Below, in pieces: positions 10,306 to 19,362 of a stretch of DNA of 64,000 nt. The notes under the pieces were generated by a model. It was given only the letters and a program-made list of their open reading frames with translations. It was not told the origin of the DNA and searched no databases. The DNA is taken from assembly GCA_963796685.1 (NCBI GenBank), contig CAWCMR010000025.1:1952001-2016000 (forward strand), read 5' to 3'. Position numbers and translations under genes: made by a program. Positions within the stretch are counted from its first letter, which is position 1. Each line of letters begins with the position of its first letter. The stretch is from an uncultured delta proteobacterium. Lineage in GTDB: Bacteria; Myxococcota_A; Polyangia; Fen-1088.

Positions 10306-13300
10306 GCAAGCGCATGCTGGCGACCGATCCAGGCGTCGAGGTCGTTGTGGCGCCCGCGGGCTCGGGCAAGACGACGCTGCTCATCTATCACTTCCTGCGG
10401 TTTCTCAAGGCCGGGATTCCCGTCGAGCGGCTGGTGGCCATCACCTTCACGCGCAAGGCAGCGGCAGAGCTGATGCAGCGGCTGGCGCAAGTGCTTCGCG
10501 GCGTGGTCGCGCCGGGGGATCTGCCGCCCGAGAATCTGGCCGAGGCCAAGACGATATATGGCGACGTCCTTCCGGGGTCGGAAGAGGCACGGGCGGCCTT
10601 GGCCATGCTGGATGCGGCGCCGGTCTCGACGGTTGACGCCTTCGCACTGTCGCTGGTACAGGAGTTTCTGCTCGATGCCGGCTTCGCGATGGGCGATGGG
10701 ACACGCGCTCTCATCGACGGGCCCGTGGTTTCTGGGGGTGACACGGCCTCGTTCTACAAGGCCGCAGCGCGGGAGCAAATCGAGGCTCTGGGCAAGCCAG
10801 CCCGCCTGCTGCTGGAGGAGATGACCTTTGGCGAAGCGGTCGAGGCTGTTGCCCGCCTGGCAACCTGTAAGTTGTCCGAGGTGTTGTCGATCGCGGCGGT
10901 GCTCGAGGCGGTGGGAAAGGCATTCGCGCCCGTGGTTCGCAAGGACAGTGATCCCTGGCTCGCTCTCGCTGACGGGCATCCGCGCGCACTGGGCGCCTGG
11001 CTGAAGACGCCCAAGGGCGTGCCACCGGTCTCGGTGCTGGCGCTGCTGGCGAAGGCCAAGAAGGACATGGGTGCGGAAGCGGACGAGGTGGTGAAGAAGT
11101 CGGTCCGCGAGCTCGGATGGAGTGCCGAGGGCGGCTTCTCCGGATTGAGTGCTGTTATGAGGAAGCGGCTCGAAACGTGGAGCGACGACAAGTCCGCCGA
11201 CCGGTGCGACAGGGTGCGGCTGGCCATACTGGAGTTGGCCGAGGGCACGCGCGACGTTGCTCTGCGCGAGATCGCCCGTAGCGGAAGCCTGGGCTACAAC
11301 GAGATCCTTCGTGCTGCCACCGAGCTGTGCCAATCGCCGCCGGCGCGGCTCGCGGAACGCTACGACGCCTTGCTGGTCGACGAGTTGCAGGACACCAACC
11401 CTGCCCAGCTCGCCTTCTACCAAGCCTTCGTGAAGATGCGGCGAGGTAAGATGCCCATTCGCTGGTTCTTTGTGGGCGATACGCGCCAATCCATCTATCG
11501 CTTTCGCGAAGCCGACCCCTTTGGCTGGCAGTCGCTGGTGGACGTCGCGCGAAGGCACGGGACGCTTGCCGAGCTGACGACCAACTACCGCTCGTCGCAG
11601 TTGCTGATCGAGGCCCAGCGGGATCTGTTCGGGCGACTGGCCAAGGCGTGTCCTGGCTCCGTGGACCCGCTGGATGATCTCGCGCCTAGGCCCAAGGCGC
11701 CGAAGGGTGAGATGGGGAAGGCGCAGCAGCCTGCGTTGATCGTCGATGCACCGGAGACCGGCGACGTGGAGCCCTACGTGCTGGCCGAATTCGCGACGCG
11801 CGTGAAGACCCGCTGGGGAGAAGCGAATCTCGCGAAGGAAACGGCGGCCGTGCTCGTGCGCTCGTGGTCCGTGGGCGCGTGGGCGGTCGAGGCCTTGCGC
11901 TCTCACGGTCTGCACGCGCAACTGACGGGCGACCGCGCGCTGCTCGCTTCGCGGCCTGCGGTGGACCTTCGTCTGTTCCTGCGCATGCTGATCGACCCGT
12001 CAGACGACATTGCGGTGGTCGGCGTGTGCAAGCACCCCTCGGTCGGGCTGAGCGATCGCGCCATCATGCTGCTGCGACACGAGAATCTGCTCGGGCGCTT
12101 GCTGGCGCCCGACGTAGACCTGACCTACTTGGAACCGTCCGAGGTTGAAGGACTGCGGCCCGTTCTGGATTCTCTCCGCCGGGCACGCAACCGCATCGGT
12201 CGCGAGTCCACGGCCGACGTTCTCGAACGGCTGCTGGCCGAGCTGCACGTCCGTCCGATCATCGCCGCGGGTCCCGAGGGTGAAGGCGATGTGGGCCTGG
12301 CCCAGATGGACATCCTGCTCGACATCGTGCGCGCGCAAGAGAGCGAGGGCGTGGACCCGCAAGCCGTTCTGGAGAAGTTGTCGGGCGAAGGGGTGGAGGG
12401 TGCCGAGGATCTGCCGGTGGTGCGGATGCACCACTCCGAGCAGGTGGTCACCGTGACCACGGTGTTTGGCGCCAAGGGCCTGGAATTCGACCACGTGGCC
12501 CTATTGCAGGTGGGAAAGGGCGGCAGCGACGGGAGCGTCAAGGCGAAAGCATTCTCCGTGTACCGTCCCCAGGGAAGGCCGATCCTTTCCATGGCGCTCG
12601 ACCCGACCGGCGGGATCGAGACGGAGCTGGATCCCCTGTCGGTCATTGCGCGGGTCGCTGGCGGCGACGAGGGCGTGCAGGAAGGGCTGCGTATGTTGTA
12701 CGTGGGTTTCACGCGCGCCAAGACCAGCGTGACGCTGGGCCTGAAGAAGGCCGGGACGGGCATCGTGCGCTTGCTGCGAGATGTGTTGGCCGAGGGACCG
12801 ATACCCGGTATCAGCACGGTCGAGCCAGACGACGACAAGTTGCGGCCAGCGGCGCCGTTGCAACGCCAGCGCACGGGTGTGCTGCGCCCCTTCGAGTCGT
12901 GTTGGGCCGAACCCGACGGGTTCGTCCTGACCCGGCCGTCGTCCGCCGCGGAGCTCGGGCTGGACGGGAAGGCTCTGGCAGCCGAATTCCGCGCGCGTGC
13001 CACCGTCGTCGCCGCGCCCGCGGAGCTGGCCATGCCCGCGGGAGAGGGACTGGCGGCCGTGTCCGACATCGTCTGGGGCAACGTGGTTCACGGCTGGCTT
13101 GAGCGTTGGGCTTTCAAGGGCACCCCCACCTCGGAGCAGGCCGTGGACTACCTGCGCGAGCAATGGTCGTCGGATGACAAGTCGATTTCCGACTGGCTGG
13201 TCGCCCTGGGGCTCGGGCTGCGCGACCGGCTGCCAGGATTTCGGGCGTTGCTGGACCAGAAGCACAAGCTCCACTTCGAATGGCCTCTGGTCGCCGTGGA

Positions 13301-13547
13301 CGGTAACACCATCTGGCGCGGCCGCGCCGACCTGGTCGTCGAGCTCCCTGGCCGCCAGGTAGCCATCATCGACTTCAAGGCCGGCAAGTCATTCGCGACC
13401 GGGACCGAGATCCCCGGCGTCGAAAGCTACGCCGCCCAACTCGAAGGCTACCGCCGCATGCTGGAAGCCAGTGGCTACCACGTGCGCGAGGTCAGCCTGA
13501 TGTACGTGCGCGGCCCAAGCTGGGCGCGCCTGGAGTACGTGGGGTAG
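10302..13547 (+). CDS. AddA/UvrD-like SF1 helicase-nuclease
   Basis: APAGSGKT, AITFTRKAA, LLVDELQD, VGDTRQSIYRFR, NYRS, AKGLEF, YVGFTRA; C-terminal GRADLV...IIDFKAG...QLEGY nuclease. Confidence 0.9.
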   Translation: MSKRMLATDPGVEVVVAPAGSGKTTLLIYHFLRFLKAGIPVERLVAITFTRKAAAELMQRLAQVLRGVVAPGDLPPENLAEAKTIYGDVLPGSEEARAALAMLDAAPVSTVDAFALSLVQEFLLDAGFAMGDGTRALIDGPVVSGGDTASFYKAAAREQIEALGKPARLLLEEMTFGEAVEAVARLATCKLSEVLSIAAVLEAVGKAFAPVVRKDSDPWLALADGHPRALGAWLKTPKGVPPVSVLALLAKAKKDMGAEADEVVKKSVRELGWSAEGGFSGLSAVMRKRLETWSDDKSADRCDRVRLAILELAEGTRDVALREIARSGSLGYNEILRAATELCQSPPARLAERYDALLVDELQDTNPAQLAFYQAFVKMRRGKMPIRWFFVGDTRQSIYRFREADPFGWQSLVDVARRHGTLAELTTNYRSSQLLIEAQRDLFGRLAKACPGSVDPLDDLAPRPKAPKGEMGKAQQPALIVDAPETGDVEPYVLAEFATRVKTRWGEANLAKETAAVLVRSWSVGAWAVEALRSHGLHAQLTGDRALLASRPAVDLRLFLRMLIDPSDDIAVVGVCKHPSVGLSDRAIMLLRHENLLGRLLAPDVDLTYLEPSEVEGLRPVLDSLRRARNRIGRESTADVLERLLAELHVRPIIAAGPEGEGDVGLAQMDILLDIVRAQESEGVDPQAVLEKLSGEGVEGAEDLPVVRMHHSEQVVTVTTVFGAKGLEFDHVALLQVGKGGSDGSVKAKAFSVYRPQGRPILSMALDPTGGIETELDPLSVIARVAGGDEGVQEGLRMLYVGFTRAKTSVTLGLKKAGTGIVRLLRDVLAEGPIPGISTVEPDDDKLRPAAPLQRQRTGVLRPFESCWAEPDGFVLTRPSSAAELGLDGKALAAEFRARATVVAAPAELAMPAGEGLAAVSDIVWGNVVHGWLERWAFKGTPTSEQAVDYLREQWSSDDKSISDWLVALGLGLRDRLPGFRALLDQKHKLHFEWPLVAVDGNTIWRGRADLVVELPGRQVAIIDFKAGKSFATGTEIPGVESYAAQLEGYRRMLEASGYHVREVSLMYVRGPSWARLEYVG

Positions 13548-13921
13548 GTGGGCGAAGCGTCCGTCGAGACCAGGCATGGCTGAAGGCGGTCCCGCGGAAC
13601 ATCCAGCGGATGTGTTGCCAGGGCGCAACGCCTGACGTAACCCTGCGGTTCCTCAAGGTTATCCTTGCGGTCCACCCCCAATCCCACGGCCACGGGATAG
13701 CCATTTCGGTGGAGATTCCACGGGATATTCTCAACCAGGGGAGAGACATCAGGTTCTGGCAAGAGGCTGGAAATCCCGAGCGCACCTCAGTGGTCAGTCG
13801 ATAGCCATCACGGCAAGCGCTTCGGAGATCCAGTTCTCGATGCCCGTCCGGGAGTTGGTGCGATACGCGAGCCCATACGGTGGAATGCTGTCCTCAGGAG
13901 CTCGTGGCGGCTAGCTTGCTC

Positions 13922-13964
13922 TTGCGTTCGGCGCGTCACACGTGTACTGTTCAAATATTCAGTA
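13922..13964 (+). promoter_or_regulatory. Putative sigma70 promoter overlapped by a LexA-box-like palindrome
   Basis: TTGCGT-N17-TACTGT (13922-13950); TACTG-N10-CAGTA at 13945-13964, 12 nt before ATG 13977. Confidence 0.55.
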
Positions 13965-13976
13965 TGCGGCCCGGCC

Positions 13977-14879
13977 ATGGACCTTCGTGAACGTCTTGCG
14001 AGCCTGAGCATCAAGCGTTGGTCACTCGGTGACCGATGGGATGCTCTGCACGAACCGGCACGCGAAGACGGGGATTGGGGGCTCACCTTTCCGAGCGAGC
14101 CTTACTCCCGGATCTTCGACCGAGCTTTTCCTGACCTGGCCAAGAACCCATGGCGGGTGGTGGAGAGAAGTTGCGCAACTTTCTTTCGCGGCATCACCGG
14201 AGCCGACCTTCAGGCGGTACGCCAATTCATCGAAACCCTCCGCCCATGCGTCGTCATCAAGGATTTCACGAGCGCGAGCCTGGCGCTTGGCTTTCGTGCT
14301 AGGCAGAGTGCCAGCGGGGACCTGGAGGCGACCGAACTAGGCCAACTCATGCGAGACGCGAAGCCCTACAACGAACCTCCGACCGAGGACCATAAACGGT
14401 GTGGCACGGAGCTGGCTCGTCGCATGTGGACGTTCGTCAATGCGATGCCGTTCTATCGGGACGTCGATGGATTCGTGGCGGTGCCACCATCCGATCCCGC
14501 CAAGGCATTTTCGCTTCCGCGTGGTTTCGCCCGCGGCTTGGCCAAACGCACCCACAGACTCGATCTCAGCGGTGCCGTGACGAAGTTGAAGGTCACGCGA
14601 CAGCTCAAGAATCTGCCCCTGGAGCAGAAGGTGGAAGCCTTGGTCGGTTCGGTCAGCGTTGACGCAAGCAGGGTGGCCAACAAGACGATCGTCGTGGTTG
14701 ACGACCTCTATCAATCCGGCCTCACGATCAACTACATCGCCGAGGAGCTGCGGCAAGCCGGTGCCAAGGAGGTGTTCGGCTTGGCCGCGGTCAAGACCAT
14801 GCGCAACGACGATAACCTGCCGAGGATCGCTGCGTTCCCGAGTCTGGATGACAACTCGGGCGACGAGTTTCTGTTTTGA
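13977..14879 (+). CDS. Phosphoribosyltransferase (ComF/ShosT-like)
   Basis: PRPP-binding loop IVVVDDLYQSGLT; VAVPPS motif; ELGQLMRDAK helix typical of ComF-like PRTases. Confidence 0.8.
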   Translation: MDLRERLASLSIKRWSLGDRWDALHEPAREDGDWGLTFPSEPYSRIFDRAFPDLAKNPWRVVERSCATFFRGITGADLQAVRQFIETLRPCVVIKDFTSASLALGFRARQSASGDLEATELGQLMRDAKPYNEPPTEDHKRCGTELARRMWTFVNAMPFYRDVDGFVAVPPSDPAKAFSLPRGFARGLAKRTHRLDLSGAVTKLKVTRQLKNLPLEQKVEALVGSVSVDASRVANKTIVVVDDLYQSGLTINYIAEELRQAGAKEVFGLAAVKTMRNDDNLPRIAAFPSLDDNSGDEFLF

Positions 14880-14890
14880 CTGGTTTGGCG

Positions 14891-15835
14891 ATGGACAAGC
14901 TCGAAACCATCCTCACTCTCATGAGACTTCCTGGGGTCGGCCCGGCGCGCATCCGGCGTGCGCTCGCGATCTTAGGTGCGGCACAGATGCCCATCGAAGA
15001 AGCGTTCAGCGAGAGTGGGCGTCGCTTGCTGAACGCCACAGGGGTGTCTCCGTCTGCTCCGCGCGCGGATATTGGCCACGTGGCCGAACAGCTTCGCCGC
15101 GAGGGCGTGCACTGTTTGGTGGCACCGTTTAGCGAGCTCGAGCTGCCGGAAATGGCGCGCAGGAATCTCCCGCCCGTCCTCTTCGCCAGTGGCCCCGCTG
15201 ACATGATGTCCGTCTCGAGTGTCGGTTTCTGTGGATCGCGAAGCGCGACCGAGCGCGGGCTGGCGGTTGCGTCCGACATCGCAGATCAGGTTGCCCGCCA
15301 GGGCCTCAACGTGGTGAGCGGCGGCGCCAAGGGTGTCGACATCACCGCGCACAAGACGGCGCTGTCGCACAGCGGGACCACCACCGTGGTCTTGGCCGAA
15401 GGGATCCTGCAGTACCGGATGCGGCACGAGCTGCGCGAGGTTTTCGATCCAGCGCGCACGTTGGTGGTCAGCGAGTTCTTCCCCGAAGACCGCTGGATCG
15501 CTGGCCGGGCCATGCAGCGCAACCGCAGCATCTGTGCCTTGTCGCGGGCACTGGTTCTCATCGAGGCCCGCGCAACCGGTGGCACCTTTGCCGCCGGCGA
15601 AGCGGCCCTCGCCATGGGCATTCCCTTATTCACAGCCGACTACAGCACGCAGCTCGAAAGCAACGGCGGAAACCGCATCCTCCTCGAGCGCGGCGCCGTT
15701 CGCCTGCGCCAGAGCCGCGGGACGGGAAGGGCGAACCTCACGCACCTTTTCGAATCGGTCGGCCGCAAGGATCCGCCAGGAGAGAATCGCGGTTTGGCCA
15801 CGGTCATCGGACAACAGGATCTCTTCGGGAGGTGA
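14891..15835 (+). CDS. dprA: DprA/Smf (SLOG) family DNA-processing protein, ShosA-like
   Basis: LPGVGP helix-hairpin, PPVLFASG, VGFCGSR, VVSGGAKGVDITAH, LVVSEF, MQRNRSICALS. Confidence 0.88.
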   Translation: MDKLETILTLMRLPGVGPARIRRALAILGAAQMPIEEAFSESGRRLLNATGVSPSAPRADIGHVAEQLRREGVHCLVAPFSELELPEMARRNLPPVLFASGPADMMSVSSVGFCGSRSATERGLAVASDIADQVARQGLNVVSGGAKGVDITAHKTALSHSGTTTVVLAEGILQYRMRHELREVFDPARTLVVSEFFPEDRWIAGRAMQRNRSICALSRALVLIEARATGGTFAAGEAALAMGIPLFTADYSTQLESNGGNRILLERGAVRLRQSRGTGRANLTHLFESVGRKDPPGENRGLATVIGQQDLFGR

Positions 15836-15919
15836 AGCGCGCAGCAAGGGCATCTCTTCCGGTTGATGTCAGCCGCGCGGAAGCGGGCGCTGTTCGAGGA
15901 GAATAGGGAGCCGGATGAT

Positions 15920-17290
15920 TCAGGGGCAGGAGCACGCGTACCCATCGTTGGAGATACAGCTGTAGGGACAGGTCGCCGGACATGTGCAGACGGCCCCGGC
16001 GCACGTCTGAAGCCCAAGGTTGCAGTACTGGCCTGCCACACACTGAATGGCCGATGTGCATGATCCACTGGACTGCCTGCGCAAGCACGTTCCCACGCTA
16101 CAATAGGAAGCCGCAGATATGTAGGAGCCTGCGTCGCAGTCGCTGTTTCCGTTGCATTGCGTGGTGCATGCTGTTCCCTTACAGGCGTACGGCGCGCACG
16201 CCTTACTCGAAGCGGCACGGCATGTCCCCGCCCCATCGCACGTTCGCGCGGTGCTGGCGGTGCCAGCCGAGCACGTTGCGGTGGCGCATTCCGTCCCATC
16301 CGGCCACAAACGGCATCCGCCATTGCCGTCGCACGTACCGTCGCGTCCGCAGGTGGAGGCGAGGTCTTGCGTGCATTCGCCGCGCGGGTTCTGGCCTACC
16401 GGAACCATCGTGCATTGGCCAGGCGAGGTTGGTAGGTTGCACGCCATGCAGACGCTGGCGCAGGGGCTTTGGCAGCAAACGCCGTCGACACAATTCCCAC
16501 TCGCACACTGTTCCTTTGCGGTGCACGTCTGACCAAGGGGGCCACCAGCGGACGCGTCTGGCTGGGTTGGCGGTGTATCAGGCTGAGGGGATGGGGCATC
16601 CCACGTGAGTTGAGTATCCGACGCACCTTCTTGGCCTCCATCGGATCCGAGGGAGGCGTCCGCCTGATCCGGCTGAGGGATCCCTGGATCTCCCGCCAGA
16701 TCTCGCGGAACGACGGAGTCCGCGGCGGTCTCAGCACGGGTCGTGTCGACTGGACCTTCCACCCACGTGTCCGGGTTCTCCTTGTCGGGCGCCGAGCTGT
16801 CGGGAATGCCAGCGTCCGGCAGCAGGCCTTCCCACTGGCATCGGAAATCGCAACCATCGAAGGAGAACTGATTGTTGTCGTCGCAAGCTTCGCTGGAATC
16901 GATGATTCCGTTGCCGCATGTGGAGGCGCCGGCCACGAGTGTGACGGAGACTGTCGCTGTGCCTCCCACGACGATCTTGGTTTGGGCAGTACCATGGGCT
17001 GAGGGCTGCCCAGCGCTGTCAAGGCCGTCAAGGGCCAGGTCCAACTCTCCGAAGCGCGAACGTGATACGACGACTGCGAAGGATGCCGTGGCAGCCATCT
17101 GGGTCTTGGATGCGCTAGCGGGATAGGTCTTGGTGTCGTGTGCCTGTGCTGTCGACATCGCTACTTGAAGCGAATAGATGGGCTGCACGTCCGCGTTGAT
17201 GGCGACATTCACGACAACTACTGAATCCGGCTCCTTGCACGCGGAAAGACCGGCGAGCATACCGAGGATGATGAATAGACGCATCTTCAT
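15920..17290 (-). CDS. Secreted Cys-rich lipoprotein of myxobacterial type
   Basis: Signal MKMRLFIILGMLAGLSAC; CGNGIIDSSEACDDNNQFSFDGC repeat; CVDGVCC, TCDGNGGC and CAPYAC repeats; ATGA overlap with the upstream TPR gene. Confidence 0.8.
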   Translation of the reverse strand: MKMRLFIILGMLAGLSACKEPDSVVVVNVAINADVQPIYSLQVAMSTAQAHDTKTYPASASKTQMAATASFAVVVSRSRFGELDLALDGLDSAGQPSAHGTAQTKIVVGGTATVSVTLVAGASTCGNGIIDSSEACDDNNQFSFDGCDFRCQWEGLLPDAGIPDSSAPDKENPDTWVEGPVDTTRAETAADSVVPRDLAGDPGIPQPDQADASLGSDGGQEGASDTQLTWDAPSPQPDTPPTQPDASAGGPLGQTCTAKEQCASGNCVDGVCCQSPCASVCMACNLPTSPGQCTMVPVGQNPRGECTQDLASTCGRDGTCDGNGGCRLWPDGTECATATCSAGTASTARTCDGAGTCRAASSKACAPYACKGTACTTQCNGNSDCDAGSYISAASYCSVGTCLRRQSSGSCTSAIQCVAGQYCNLGLQTCAGAVCTCPATCPYSCISNDGYACSCP

Positions 17291-17958
17291 GGTAAGGCCC
17301 TCTGTGAGCCGAGACTGGTGCTGGGGATCTTCGTGGGATCCCGAGTTGCCATGATGACTGCGACGGTGGCGGCACCCGCGGCCACAGCGCCCGCGGCGGT
17401 CCAGAACCACCATCGCTTGTAGATTGGGCTGGATGGCTGAGGCGACGGCTCACTTCGCGTCCTGAGGTCAACACCCGCTGTCTGGATTGGCGCGCCGGAA
17501 ACCTGAGCGATGGCGTTGTCCTGCGCCGCTTGGGAGATAGGAGATGCTTGCGCCTTGGTCCTGGTCGAAGTCGCGATTGCCGCACTTTCAGCGTCCCGCT
17601 GCGATTCCAATTCCGCGATGCGCCGGTCCACCTCATTCCGGTTCTTGGCATCCGGCGCTTCGCGCAAATAGCTCCGGTAGAAGGTGATGGCGTCGGTGAC
17701 GTGTCCGAGCTTCCTGTGACACTGTCCGATGTTGAACAGGAACACGGGGTCGGGTTTGCTTCGGTACGCCTCCTTGAATTCGGCAAGCGCTTGCTCGAAC
17801 TCGGCTAGATTGAAGTGTTGCAGGCCTGCCGCGTAGTGCGCTTTTGCCGCGGTCGTATCGTCTTGGGCAAATGTCTTCGACGGACACCATGCGAGCGAGA
17901 GCACCAGGGCCACGATGGCAACCAGATCGATGTGACGTGAAGTCGGTGCCGAAAGCAT
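17287..17958 (-). CDS. Tetratricopeptide-repeat protein with C-terminal TM helix
   Basis: AKAHYAAGLQHF...FLFNIGQCHRKLG...YRSYL; PIYKRWWFWT membrane anchor typical of myxobacteria. Confidence 0.85.
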   Translation of the reverse strand: MLSAPTSRHIDLVAIVALVLSLAWCPSKTFAQDDTTAAKAHYAAGLQHFNLAEFEQALAEFKEAYRSKPDPVFLFNIGQCHRKLGHVTDAITFYRSYLREAPDAKNRNEVDRRIAELESQRDAESAAIATSTRTKAQASPISQAAQDNAIAQVSGAPIQTAGVDLRTRSEPSPQPSSPIYKRWWFWTAAGAVAAGAATVAVIMATRDPTKIPSTSLGSQRALP

Positions 17959-17977
17959 CAGACCACCGCCAGTCTAT

Positions 17978-18012
17978 CACGCTATTATAGTGGGCTGTAA
18001 TATAGTGGCGCC
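17978..18012 (+). promoter_or_regulatory. C-box-like tandem operator
   Basis: TATAGTGG at 17986 and 18001, exactly 15 bp apart, directly upstream of a C-protein-like gene. Confidence 0.55.
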
Positions 18013-18030
18013 CCGCGATGTGCTGGAGGG

Positions 18031-18363
18031 GTGAAGTTCGACTCGTTCCTCAGGCAGCTCGGGGCAAATATCCGCCAAGCGCGGTGGATCGCCGGCCTGA
18101 CACAGGAAGAGGTAGCTGCCCAAGGGCTCACCTACAGGTACTTCCAGGAGATGGAGCGCGGTCGCCGCAATCCGACGATGCGCACCTTGTTCACGTTGGC
18201 GCGGATTCTTGGTACTTCGGTGTCACTGCTCACGCAGACGGATCAGGACGCAAGGTTGCCCGTCCGCGAAGCCCTGGCTGATGTCGCCGCGCAGCCGCCG
18301 CGGCGTGGTCGGAAACCGCGGACCGCCAGACGAGCGGGACGAGGCGGCAAGCGCGCAGGCTAG
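18031..18363 (+). CDS. XRE-family HTH regulator resembling R-M controller (C) proteins
   Basis: LGANIRQAR...GLTQEEVA...YFQEMERGRRNPTMRTLFTLARILG. Confidence 0.85.
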   Translation: MKFDSFLRQLGANIRQARWIAGLTQEEVAAQGLTYRYFQEMERGRRNPTMRTLFTLARILGTSVSLLTQTDQDARLPVREALADVAAQPPRRGRKPRTARRAGRGGKRAG

Positions 18364-18500
18364 CCAGCTCAATATCCACAGGCCGGGTCAAAGTCACATT
18401 CACCTCACAGCCCGGGTTGGTGAACGCGACCGAGCGCGTGGCGGCGGAGAGGGGACACCGAAGTGCGTGGCAGCTCCTGGTGACGCGGCGAGTTTGCGCG

Positions 18501-19139
18501 CTACTTCGGGGCCAGCGGCTTCTCGCCCTCACCGGCGGGCGCTCCCCAACGCTCCTCCACGCTTCGGGTCGCGGCGACTATGTCCGCCTGTCCAAGTGGC
18601 CGCCTTTGACCACTGGCCGGGTCGACGATCTCGCCGAGATCCGTCGCCTCGGCGACGCCGTCCTCATGGCCTCGGCGATATTCGCCCCGAAGCCGTTCGG
18701 ATAGGGCAGAGACCAGCTCGACCAGGTGAGCCTCGTCGCGAGGTCGGCCCCGAAGCAGGGTGGCGAGCGGTTCAAGAGACAGCTGCCCGATTGTAAGGCA
18801 TGTTGCCATCTGATCGTACTCGCCCCGCAGGCCGCGAATGACCGCCGGGAGTTGTTTCAACGCGATTACTGCCTCGGGGAGTGATTTGCCATCTCTAAAC
18901 AGCTCGAACGCGGCGGAGCAGACGGCGCCGGTCGTCTCGGCACCTGGCTCTCCGTCGACGGCGCCGCGGAGAACGGCGGCCACCTCATGGGGCTCGTAGC
19001 GATAACTGCCGTCCGGCGCCTTGGTGGGGTGGAAGGTGACGTTGTCTCGTGTCTTGACCTCCGCCTCGGTCACGCCCAGGAGCGCGGCGACTTGCCGGCG
19101 GGTAAGCAGGGTTGCTGTGCTTGCCATGGGATTTTCCAT
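18501..19139 (-). CDS. HTH (MerR/excisionase-like N-terminus) hypothetical protein
   Basis: LLTRRQVAALLGVT...HPTKAPDGSYRYEPHEV wing motif; second HTH-like segment AFELFRDGKSLPEAVIAL. Confidence 0.65.
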   Translation of the reverse strand: MENPMASTATLLTRRQVAALLGVTEAEVKTRDNVTFHPTKAPDGSYRYEPHEVAAVLRGAVDGEPGAETTGAVCSAAFELFRDGKSLPEAVIALKQLPAVIRGLRGEYDQMATCLTIGQLSLEPLATLLRGRPRDEAHLVELVSALSERLRGEYRRGHEDGVAEATDLGEIVDPASGQRRPLGQADIVAATRSVEERWGAPAGEGEKPLAPK

Positions 19140-19362
19140 TCTTTCGTTTCCAAAGGTTGATGCGAACGGCGTAACTCCTCGGATCTTCACGGCCCAGGAG
19201 GCGCCTGGCGTCGTTTCAGCTGGCCGCGGGATGGCCTTTCCATGGGATCTTCCCAGGGATCCGGGCGAAATCCTGGACAGGCTGGCGTTGGCGTCCGTCC
19301 AGGGAACCGGTGGAAACTGCGGTCACCCTACTTGTCTCACCTTCAATTGCGAGGAGGACAAA

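Noticed and set aside
13977-15835. Natural competence locus (comF/dprA)
   Set aside because: No ComF zinc finger, island context and no other competence genes; a toxin-antitoxin/defence reading fits better.
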